Source: Octopus bimaculoides (lineage: Eukaryota). Taken from it: 42,510 bases of DNA. The position numbers were made by a program, and so were the translations under genes. Positions 10,806 to 21,228 of this stretch are shown here, piece by piece. The DNA lies in the NCBI RefSeq assembly GCF_001194135.2, contig NC_068987.1, positions 39,429,928 to 39,472,437 on the forward strand, read 5' to 3'. The notes under the pieces were generated by a model, which was not told the DNA's origin, searched no databases, and saw only the letters and a list, made by a program, of their open reading frames with translations. Positions within the stretch are counted from its first letter, which is position 1, and each line of letters begins with the position of its first letter.

Positions 10806-13327
10806 TAAATGATGGCAGCTAAGATAATGATCGGCAGTGATGTCATCAGGCCTTTCTATGGCAAAGGTGACATAGTAGGCTGGATTCAAAAGGTCAAATT
10901 TGTGGCCAGGCTGCAAGGCATCGAAGATGTAGCTAGCCTCATGGCCCTGTATTCAGAGGGGAGTGTGCTGGCACTGTACCTCGAAATGGATGAAGAAGAA
11001 CAACTGAGTGTTGCGAAGATTGAGCAGCGCTCGAGAGAGGCTTACACAGATGGAGAGTACGAGGCTTTTGCTAGGCTGGGAATGATCAGATGGAGAGAGG
11101 AACAGGTTGACACATACGCTGTGGAGGTATTGAGGCTGGTTGTGTTGTCTGGTCTCACTGGTGAGGGACTTGAGAAAGTAGTGCAACTGGCCTTTGTGAA
11201 TGGCATTCCCGACGACGCGTGGGTGCGACTACAACAGTTGCCAAGAGGCAACAAAGTGGCAATGAGTGAGCTCATCGTTCAAGCCCATATGTTGACACAG
11301 AACACTGGGTGGAAGGCAGTGGTGATAGTGGCTGCAGAAGCACGCAATGCTGCGTGACGGCTGGTGAAGGACGAAAAGAGGCCTGCTGTGGAACGAGTGG
11401 CCATTCACAGGCCAGTGAGTTTTAAATGCCAAGGACTGCACATAGCGAGGGACTGCATGGAGCCCTGACCAGTTTGCTACCAGTGCAAATAGACTGGGTG
11501 TATCGCCCGAAATCGTACCCAGGGAAAAGGCCACAGGGAGTTGTTGCCTCTCTAACTTCTCCCGCGAACGAGTAGAGGTGTTGGTGAAGTCACTACCCAT
11601 AGTTGGAATCATGGTCAGGGGAAACACGTTCAAGGCCCTCATGGACATGGGCTGCACAACGACTCTCATGACCCCGAGGGTGACAAAGAAATGGAAGGGG
11701 ACAAGTAGCGTTCAGGCGGTCAACGGCAGCGAAATCGAATGCAAGTGTAGCAGCGATCAGGATATAGTGGTACGAGGCACAATGCTAAGGCTGCGAGCGA
11801 TTGTGATTGGCCACATGGTAGATGGGCTCGGCGTGGTAATGGGGATGGACACGATCAATCGCCTTGGAGGTGTCAGTGTTGGAGGAAACGTGGTTTCGTT
11901 CGGTACCGTGGAGGCGTCGTGCACCGTGAGTCAGGAATGTGAGTATGAGCAGAGCCCTGCAAGGAGTTGCACTGCCTACACCATTGAAGACAAGGATTTT
12001 TGGGTGGCATTTGATAGTCAGCGATGAACGATAGAGTGGCGCTGGAAAGAGGGATGCCCGACGCTGAAGAACAGGGTGAGCTGCTACCAGCATACTCTGA
12101 AAGGATACGCCAGGAGTGAGTTTGAAGAAGTAGAGAAATGCATTAAAGTGTCCTTATCCCGTGGAAGGAGGAGGTGGTGAGCGGAGTGGTACCTCTAATG
12201 GCAATGGTGCAGTCAGCAAAGGGCAAAGTTAGACTGGTACTGGACTTTCGGGAGATGAACTACCATGTATTGTGCCACACAAGTAGCGAGGTGACCGACA
12301 TCTGTGATGAAATGCTGCATGTATGGAGGCAGTCGACTAAGGCAGCGATGATCGTCGACAAGGGCCGGACATATTGTCTGACAAGGCTGGGTTTTGGGCT
12401 GAATTCTGCACCGAAGATCATGGCGACAGTGCTCAAATCCATCCAGGGAAAGGTAGATAGGATAAGAAGGGCCACCAATTCCTACATAGATGACATCCTA
12501 GTGGACGAGACCGTAGAGCCTGCCACAGAGGTTGTGAGACATGTAAAGAAATTCGGGCTGATTGTGAAGCCACCGGAGCCAATGGCTGGAGGAGCTGCAC
12601 TGGGGCTTAAGCTTCAGAGAAACAGAACAGGCGAGTTGGTGTCTCGTAGGGGAAACAAGATCCCAGAGCTAGGTACCAACGTCAGCAGGAGAGAACTGTT
12701 CTCAATGTGTGGAAGTTAGAAAGTCACTACCGGATTGTAGGGTGGCTGGGTACGGAATGCAGTTACACCAAGAGACGAACAGAAGGGGAAAACTGGAATA
12801 ACAAGGTGGAGATGATGCGGGAAATCCTGGAGAGGACGAGAGCAGAAGACCCAGTCGGAGGGAACTGGCATGTACCAAAATTGGATAACAGAACCGTATG
12901 GCATGATTATAGCAGCATCGTGATAGGGGTTGTGTTGGAAATCGGAGGTACCAAAGTGGAGGATACCACCTAGCTTTGAAAAGCAGATGACTACAACCAC
13001 ATCAATGTCGTTGAGTTGGACGCAGTGCTGAAGGGAGTGAATTTGGCCTTGAACTGTGGGGCTGCACTCCATGGAAATTTGGACGGATTTGGCTACCATG
13101 CTTGGCTGGGTAGGATCGGTGATGAGAAGAGAGTGCGAACCAAAGGGGCTGCGGAAATGATAATGAAGCGACACCTTGGGATTCTAGGGGAGCTGATTGG
13201 CGAGTTCGGCCTGAAGCTGAATATGGTCTTTGTGCCTTTAGAGAGAAACAAGCAGACGCTCTAACCAGGGAAAAAAAGGCCTGGCTAGGGGAGCCGGAAG
13301 AATCGAAACAAGGGGTAGCTGCGGTGT
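10806..13327 (+). mobile_element. Gypsy LTR retrotransposon copy 1, gag-PR-RT-RNase H part (no 5' LTR; stops, frameshifts, RT internal deletion)
   Basis: gag 10809-11357 with knuckle remnants (FKCQGLHIARDC; CYQCK*TGCIARN), protease ALMDMGCT, RT (LGFGLNSAPK, YIDD), RNase H (ELDAVLKGVNLAL). The segment LKSAYLQ..VRH present in copy 2 is missing after IVD. Confidence 0.9.
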
Positions 13328-13340
13328 ATCAGTTAAATGG

Positions 13341-13494
13341 AACCCATGTCATCCCATATTTATCTCCACTGCCATTCTGATCATCCACATCATACAATCA
13401 AATCAAATCCGAAGTCCCAGTTTTTGAGGATAAGATGTATTTGCACAGACGCTGAAGATTATTGGAAACATACAAATGCTTTTGTGCACTATTA
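13341..13494 (+). mobile_element. Penelope RT-thumb fragment (paralog of 15571-15725)
   Basis: PMSSHIYLHCHSDHPHHTIKSNPKSQFLRIRCIC; about 14 mismatches in about 155 bp against the copy at 15571 (counted by eye). Confidence 0.85.
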
Positions 13495-13784
13495 TGTTGT
13501 TGTGCGTGGGAAATGAAAAGAGGTTCACCTACCTTCCTTTCTCGTCTGTGCCTGTCTGGGAGTAGTCACTCCCGTGATCCTGTCCTACCCTGTCACCCAG
13601 TATAAGCAGCTGCTATCTGACCAACCCGGGAGTGAATTCTCTGACATCCATTCACGATGCCTCAGCTGGCACAAAGAGGCCGACCCTCTCCTATCTTCCC
13701 TGCACTTCCCTTTTCACGCTTCCTCTTTCGCTCAGTCCCTTGAACATTGACATCATGGCCCTCTTCTTCTGGCTCACCCCCACA
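13495..13784 (-). mobile_element. 3' LTR (about 290 bp) of Gypsy copy 1, now inverted
   Basis: On the minus strand it starts TGTGGGGG right after the polypurine tract AGGGGGACG and ends ..CAACAACA. A TATAAG lies on the opposite strand at 13601. Confidence 0.8.
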
Positions 13785-14760
13785 CGTCCCCCTGATCTCA
13801 AAGATCACCTCCTCACTTCACTACATGTTGAAATCTACCACCCACCTGGGTGGGTGCCTTGCACGTTGTGATCTCCTTAAACTGGGAATCCCATTGTCGT
13901 CCTCTTCTCCACAATCATCATCTGACGAAGCGACAATCCTACGAACATCCAAGACATGATGCAGCATTCCATCTACAGAGATGTTGTTTTTGGAATTGAC
14001 AGCCGTCATTATTCCTATGTTCCATTGAGTTGTGCAACATGCCTTTGGTGGCTTGACCCAGAGTTCATCTCCCACATCCACAAAGTTGGGCTCTCTTTCT
14101 TTTACAGGGCATCTCAATGGTTTACTCAGATGCCACCATTCATATTTGAATATTGCTCTATGTGGAATGGGCTCTTCGGCCTGTCCTGACTGGGGTGACA
14201 TGTTGTACCAGAACACCGCTTCCAGCAGCGAGACATGTCCCTTCTCTGCCTTGGCCTTGATCGTTCGATGATGTCCCTCCATGATCCCATTTCCACTCGG
14301 CCTGTATGTCGCTCTGAAAAAGCGGTGCACTTTCCACCCGTTAAGCATCTCCTTCAGCGCCTCCAAACGAAATGCTGTGCTGTTGTCCATCAGCAATTCA
14401 TCCACAGAGCCCCACTCTAAGAATACCCAGTTTAGAATATGTACCATCTTGTCCACAGTGCCTGCCCCCAATTCCCTCCAAATGGCCATCTGGCCGGCCC
14501 ACAATCGACCATCGTGAGATACATCCCCTGCTGGTAGTGCGTCACATTCACTGCTAGTCGTCTCCAGTTGTGTTCTACTGAAATGTTTCCCTGCTCATGC
14601 ACACCTGGAGCAGGGTCAATGAATTGACACCTGTCACAGTTCCCAACCACCTTTTGGATGATCTGTCTGGTAACATCAGCGTCAATCCTCCTGGTGAAAT
14701 ACAGGGTCCTGTCCACGTCTATATAATGCATGGCATGCAGTCTCCTTAGCTTGGAGTCGA
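13785..14760 (-). mobile_element. Integrase and PPT of Gypsy copy 1, now inverted
   Basis: HYIDVDRTLYF..CDRCQ zinc-binding region, WRRLAVNVTHY, LLMDNSTAF, YRPSGNGIMEGHHRTIK (DDE core); ORFs 13821-14504 and 14432-14998. Confidence 0.9.
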
Positions 14761-16746
14761 CTATTCGGCCTTCCGAAAACTTAACTTTTGTATCCAAAAA
14801 TTTGACGCTAGTATCCCAAATGTAGGAACTTGATCTTTTAGCTACTGGGAGTAGAAAGCCATCTGGCCATTCTGGAACTTTAGCAATGCAACATTCATAC
14901 CCACTGCAAATTGGGTGCAATTTTTTAATGCATTTTTGGAAAACCGTAAAATACAGATGTTCTTCTTTCTGAACGTAATAGTTTAGATTCCGTGTCATTT
15001 ATAAAATTCTTTTCTTCCATTTCCAAAATTATTTTATCAAGATACTTTTGATTTTATTTCCAAATTGAACAAATTTTATAAACACTGAAGTAGTGTTAAA
15101 GACTGTTTTTTGGTAACCATGGATGTTTCTTCCTTATACCCACAACATTGATCATGATGATAGGGTGGAAGCATGCATGAAAGCCTTTGGAAAACGGTCA
15201 AAGAAAAGTATGCCCTCTGTGAATTATTAAAATTTGTGTTACAAAGTAATACAATGAAGTTTGGAAAAAACTTTTTTCCATCAGACGAAGGGATGCGCCA
15301 TGGGTACCCTTATGGTATTTAATTTCACAAATATCTTCATGACAAAATTTGAAATGCAATTAATGGAAACATTCAAATCTCTGCATGATCATGGACCTAT
15401 ACTCTGGTTACAGTTCATTGACGTCTTTTTTGCCTGGGAAGGAAGACAGGATAGTTCAGTCAAATTTTTATATTTCTGTGACTTCTTCACAGAAGACTAT
15501 GACTTTAAATCCAAAATAAAATTCACTTTGAGCTTTTCAGAAGGCCAAATAGTCACAGAATTATTTTGCAAACCCATGTCATCCCATATTTATCTCCACT
15601 GTTGCTCTGATCATCCATATCATACAATCAAATCAAATCCAAAGTCCCAGTTTTTGAAGATAAGATGTATTTGCACAAACATTGGGGATTATTGGAAACA
15701 TGCAAATGCTTTTGTGCACCATTATGTAAAGCGTGGTTAAAGGAAATTGCGAATGTCATAGCTGAAATTAGTAGTGATAATCAAACTTTCATGTCTAATT
15801 TTAGCAGTCAGAAAAGAGCTTATGGCTGAATTCCTTTAGTGATTAGCTGGCACCGAAGTTTCGTTGGTATTTCAAAAGTGTTGCATTGACAGTTACTAAC
15901 ATATTTCAGAAAAATATCATCATTTCCAACAAATATTTCCTCTACCGCCTATTGTAGCCTTTAGGTATAATAGAAATATTTAAGAAATATTGACCAGTAC
16001 CTCTAATAAAAACTTCATTGGAGTTTCTGAACGCTGCACCCCTCCAAAACACCCATAAGAGAGGTAAGCCCTGTTAATTATGCAATAACATGAGTCAAAC
16101 CAATTCCATCAAGAGTTATAACAGAAATGTTATGAGTTACACAGACAGAGGGACCTGTAAGAATTTCCATTTGGTGTATGCAGCAGAATGCACCAAACAC
16201 AAAATGATTTATGTTGGTTGCACAACAGAACAATTACAAAAAAGCTTTAACGATCATAGGTATGATGTCAGGCATATAACAGTGGTTCCATGGGACTTGC
16301 AGAGCATTTCACATCAAACAGGTGTAAATTTGAAGAAGACCTGAAGGAACGTGCACATTCTCGAAAAATGCCCTCACTCCACTGCACTTTCAGTCCTCAA
16401 AACCCATGAGGATAGATATATTTGTGAACTGTTGACATCTCAGCCTAAAAATGGTAGGTGAATTCCATTATCCTTACAAAAAACTTACACTAAACTTTAT
16501 CCTTACACTAAACTTTTTGACTGATTTATTTTTTTCCCCAATTCTTTTCTTTCTTTATATTTTCTTTCTTTCCTTCTTTCTGCTACCTTTTGTGAAAGAC
16601 TGAAGACTGATGATGTCGTTTTACCTGGAAAAAAACACAGTTATTCCCATTTAATTTTGAATGTTTCAGCATTTCCAATCTTTGAATTTCATTTAATTTT
16701 ATATTTTGAACTTGTAAAAGTCACACAGTGTGTCGAAATATTGTTC
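14761..16746 (+). mobile_element. Penelope-like element (RT + GIY-YIG) with an inverted 5' segment (14810-15068 on the minus strand)
   Basis: Plus strand: LVTMDVSSLYP, HQTKGCAMGT, KPMSSHIYLH..SDHP, and GIY-YIG-like LVYAAECTKHKMIYVGCTTEQL (16090-16344). Minus strand: FYGFPKMH..ICSG..SYIWDT. Confidence 0.85.
16708..16746 (+). ncRNA. Second degenerate hammerhead-like motif at the Penelope 3' end
   Basis: GAAC-TTGTAAA-A-GTCACAC(A)GTGTGTC-GAAA-T-ATT-GTTC: 4-bp helix I, long helix II with one mismatch, GAAA and an AUU site. The core has three mismatches to CTGANGA. Confidence 0.35.
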
Positions 16747-16822
16747 ATTCATTTCATTTTCATTTTAATAAAGAGAGTCAGTCTCTATTTATTACTAATA
16801 CCAGTTGCACTCTTGTTATTGC

Positions 16823-16900
<78 letters not shown>

Positions 16901-16903
<3 letters not shown>

Positions 16904-17244
16904 ATATTAAGGACTGGAGTAACTCCTCCAGAAGATATAGAGTCAAAATTAAAAGAAGAGTGCCATTTGTCATCTAGTGAACGATATTTCAACATCTCAT
17001 GTGTCAAAAAATAATTTTGTCAATCTACTTCATTTTGGTTAATATATAAAGGATTGAGGTAACTCCTCCAGAAGATATATATATAAATTTTGACTCTATA
17101 TCTTCTGGAGGAGTTACTCCAGTCCTTTATATATTAACCAAAATGAAGTAGATTGACAAAATTATTTTTTGAACCTGTTGAAGACATACAAGATATCGAA
17201 ATATCGTTCACTAGATGACAATGGCACTCTTCTTTTAATTTTGA
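16901..17244. repeat. Fold-back (inverted) duplication of a ~140-155-bp unit inside (ATT)n tracts
   Basis: Layout A(16901-16950) B(16951-17040) A*(17041-17078) | A'(17086-17135) B'(17136-17236) a'(17237-17244), where primes are reverse complements. Confidence 0.85.
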
Positions 17245-17292
<48 letters not shown>

Positions 17293-17320
17293 CATCATCA
17301 TCATCATCATCATCATCATT

Positions 17321-17351
<31 letters not shown>

Positions 17352-17812
17352 GTGATGGATAGTCAGAATTGTTAAAGCATTAGACAAAATGTTTTGTGGA
17401 ATTTGTTTGCGCACTTTATGTTTTGAATTCAAGTCCTCTCTGGTTGATTAAATAAAATCCCAGTCAAGTACTGAGTTTGTATAATCAACTGCTCTCCTCC
17501 CTTCAAGATATGTAAATTAGAAACAGTTATTATTATTATCAGTATTAAAAATGTTATAACCTAATCCATTGCTTGGTAGTATATTCTCTCAACAAGTAAG
17601 TCTTTTGAACTGTTAATTAAAACAGTTCATTAACTTTGAAGGTTTTCTTGTATTTGTAATATTCTTGTAATATAACTGATGTTTGTCTGCTGAGGTTGAC
17701 ATTGCTTTTCATCCTTTCGGGGTCAATAAAATAAGTACCAGCTGAGTACTGGGGTCGATGTAATTGACTTTAAACCTCACCCCAGAAATTTCTGACCTTG
17801 TTCCAGATTTTG
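17352..17812 (+). mobile_element. Two more copies of the (ATT)-tailed tRNA-type SINE (17352-17539, 17685-17812)
   Basis: Core cttttcatcctttcggggtcaataaaataagtaccagctgagtactggggtcgatgtaattgac. Confidence 0.75.
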
Positions 17813-18157
17813 TAGTGGATCAGAAATTGTTAGCAATAATAATAACAAACTTGTTAACCCTATTATAAACTTTTTTAATCTGAAAAGATTAAAAGACTAG
17901 ATAAAATATGTTGCTTCATATTAAAACAGCATTTTTAAAAGAGCCAGAATATTTGAGAATGATGGTGTCTTGATCAGCCATAGTGACAACTTGTGCTGAT
18001 AATTATCACACTTACAACAATAGCTTTAACATAGACCTAAACAGACAGTTTGATGTCAGAATTACATATTACGCTTGTTTTATTCAAAAACATTGATAGT
18101 TTCTCCTGTGTAGAACCAAAATTTTCTAATATTTCTTTATAATTCTTATAATTCCAG

Positions 18158-18208
18158 AATGAAAAGCAGAATATTTTTAGTCATTTAACCACTGAAGAAT
18201 ATAAAGAG
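18158..18208 (+). CDS. PDE10A: PDE small exon (phase 0-0): NEKQNIFSHLTTEEYKE
   Basis: Acceptor attccag, donor GAG|gttaaa, 51 nt. Matches the expected xxxxNIFSxLxxxEYxx linker between the flanking exons. Confidence 0.9.
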
Positions 18209-18271
18209 GTTAAAGTACTTTTCTCTTATTTTTAATTTTAAACTAAAATTTTCTTTGTTTTTATATGTTTA

Positions 18272-19191
18272 ACTAGCAGCTAAACCCGGTTTCACCCGGT
18301 CTGTTTGGATGATGTGGCTGTGATCGTTTTCGATTAGGCATTATCTATAACAGCGTTTCTCAACCTTATCATTTTGTGTCCCGTTTCGATTGGAGCCTTC
18401 AGCTGTATGAAGATTTCACCCCCTCATGTCAGAAAATGGCTTCAGGAGTTGTGAAGAAAGAATTTGTACGTAGTCTGTTTGTGAGAGCTATGTAAGCAGT
18501 TTTATCCGTAAAAAATTTATTTGCAGAGAGCAGAAATTGAAAGATGTATGAAATGGACGTGCGTGTGCATGTGTGTGTGTGTGTGTGTGTGTGCATGTGA
18601 GAGAGAAAGAGGGTAAGAAAGAGAGATAGAGTGAGTGAGTGAAGTTGTGTGTTATTGACTTACGTTGGCTGGCACGGCAAGTATGAAGCTTTTGAGGCGG
18701 TGATCTTTTGAAATGGGCATCGAATGAAGAAACATGGACAGTTTTATGACTGAATTTCTTTTGAAGTTGTGGTGAGAGGGGAGAATTGATGTGCATGCGT
18801 ATGTCTGTGTGTATGTGAGTGTGTATGTTTGATGGGGTGTGCACGACAGAGACAGAGTAATGTTGATGGTGTATGTGTATATGAGAGAGAGAGAGAGAGA
18901 AAGAAAGAAAGAAAGAAAGAGAGAGATAAATGAAATTCAGTTTATCTATTTATTATGTATATATGTATGAATGGCTTCAGTGACACACACTCACATACAC
19001 ACACTCAGGTTGTTTTAATTGATTTTCTCTGTAAGTATAGGGGCTAGGAAAAATTAGAAAGCGTGTTCCAATCTATGCACCCGTCTCCATATGTGTGCCA
19101 TTTTTCACACGAACCCACCCAGCCATTTGACCGTGAACCTCAAGACAAGAAAGAATACAACGGTCAACCAACTTCAATTTATATTACAGAT
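18272..19191 (+). mobile_element. Non-autonomous Helentron-associated (HINE/DINE-1-like) element
   Basis: 5' actagcag..acccggtttcacccggt subterminal palindrome, internal (GT)/(GA)/(GAAA) microsatellites, 3' cagccatttgaccgtg...tttatattacagat end, T-rich flank. Confidence 0.55.
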
Positions 19192-20023
19192 ATGGAGTTT
19201 TATATTGTTAGTCATACAGCTTCACACAAGAAAAATATTCTGGGGTAATTTTAGACACTAATCCTTTAATCTATAAATTCCATTAGAGGTGGTCATGGAG
19301 TGGTACTTAGTTACATCAGGGAAGGTATCTTCTACAATGAAAACCATTGAATAAAGTTACTGTATATAATGTGTTGGAGTGGAGTCAATCAACTATACTA
19401 ATTTCATGCAATATTATTTCAATGTAATTAATTAATATTCTGTATAAACATACAAATCCCATTCTAATATCTGTCTGTTTGACTCTCATTAGCCATTGGA
19501 TTGCAAACTTTTTCTTGGTATAATGTATGAGAGGAGAAGTAAATTGATAGAGGCCATGCCATTGGAAATGACATTTGTATAAATTTGTTTTCAACTAAGC
19601 ACTGCAAACTAATGAAACATTCCTCACTTGTGCAGTATATTCTCAATTTACAGCAGTGAACAACTGCACCCCCTCATGAAGGAAATGAAATCTGGCTCTA
19701 ATCTGATAAGAATGAGAAAATATGTGGCCCAACCAAAAAGCATTGATGTGATAATGTGCTATTCATGCCTTTCTCAGTGACAATACCAGTATAAGTGAAG
19801 TGAAATGACTGCTACTGATTGTGACCAGAAACACCAGAAATTATATTGTCATGTTGTCAAGTTAATCCCTCTAAAACTAGAAAAAAAGAACGAGGTTCTT
19901 CTTTGTTTACCTTCAAAAATGCCAAATTAAAATATAACAGTTCTCAAAAAAAAAAAAAACAGTCTATATTAGTAGTAAAGTTTTGTGGCGTTTCTTTTCT
20001 TTTCTTTCATTATTATTATTAAA

Positions 20024-20152
20024 AAGGTGGTGAGCTGGCAGAACCATGAGCATGCCTTTCATTCTTTTGGGGTTGATAAAATAAGTACCAGTTGAGCACT
20101 AGGATCAATGTAATCAACTAGCCCACTTTTCTATAATTTCAAGCCTTGTGCC

Positions 20153-20185
<33 letters not shown>
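20024..20185 (+). mobile_element. Internally deleted tRNA-type SINE with (AAT)n tail
   Basis: Head ggtgagctggcagaa joined directly to core cctttcattcttttggggttgataaaataagtacc. Confidence 0.75.
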
Positions 20186-20791
20186 NNNNNNNNNNNNNNN
20201 NNNNNNNNNNNNNNNNNNNNNNNNNNNNNNNNNNNNNNNNNNNNNNNNNNNNNNNNNNNNNNNNNNNNNNNNNNNNNNNNNNNNNNNNNNNNNNNNNNNN
20301 NNNNNNNNNNNNNNNNNNNNNNNNNNNNNNNNNNNNNNNNNNNNNNNNNNNNNNNNNNNNNNNNNNNNNNNNNNNNNNNNNNNNNNNNNNNNNNNNNNNN
20401 NNNNNNNNNNNNNNNNNNNNNNNNNNNNNNNNNNNNNNNNNNNNNNNNNNNNNNNNNNNNNNNNNNNNNNNNNNNNNNNNNNNNNNNNNNNNNNNNNNNN
20501 NNNNNNNNNNNNNNNNNNNNNNNNNNNNNNNNNNNNNNNNNNNNNNNNNNNNNNNNNNNNNNNNNNNNNNNNNNNNNNNNNNNNNNNNNNNNNNNNNNNN
20601 NNNNNNNNNNNNNNNNNNNNNNNNNNNNNNNNNNNNNNNNNNNNNNNNNNNNNNNNNNNNNNNNNNNNNNNNNNNNNNNNNNNNNNNNNNNNNNNNNNNN
20701 NNNNNNNNNNNNNNNNNNNNNNNNNNNNNNNNNNNNNNNNNNNNNNNNNNNNNNNNNNNNNNNNNNNNNNNNNNNNNNNNNNNNNNNNNNN
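20186..20791. other. Assembly gap (N run)
   Basis: Run of N. Confidence 1.
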
Positions 20792-21228
20792 GGATTAGTT
20801 TTTTTACTTCTCAGAGCACTCAATCTTGTTTGCTCTGGTTGACCCTGTGAGAGAGGACAGTAGCCTGTTGTCAGAGATCTCGCAGTCTCTTTCCACACAT
20901 TATAAGCTTTGATAATTGGATGTTAATTATCATGGAAGACATTCAACACCCAAGTACCAATCTCAGAATCCTAGCTGTCCCCAGCAGAGCAGTTTTGGGG
21001 GCTTGCTCTGCTCTCGTGTCAATTCTGATTTCTCTGACATATTTCTCAAACTTGGTTGTTAGTGCTCTACAACTACTGGGATGGCAGACACTTTCCTCAC
21101 AGCCCACATTCTTGCAATTTTGTCCTTTAATAGTCTGTGCTTTTCCATCTTTTCTAGTTCTTTGTCACTTATGCATGCATCCCCAGGTATTGCAATATCT
21201 ATAATCTTGATTTCCCTTTTTCCTTTAT

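Noticed and set aside
10809-14998. Intact or domesticated Gypsy with antisense integrase as a natural genome organisation
   Set aside because: Stops, frameshifts and an RT deletion show decay. Copy 2 has RH and IN in the same orientation, so the antisense IN is a secondary inversion.
16605-16640. CTGATGA...GAAA as a hammerhead
   Set aside because: No helix II or helix I pairing can be drawn; the motif at 16708 fits better.
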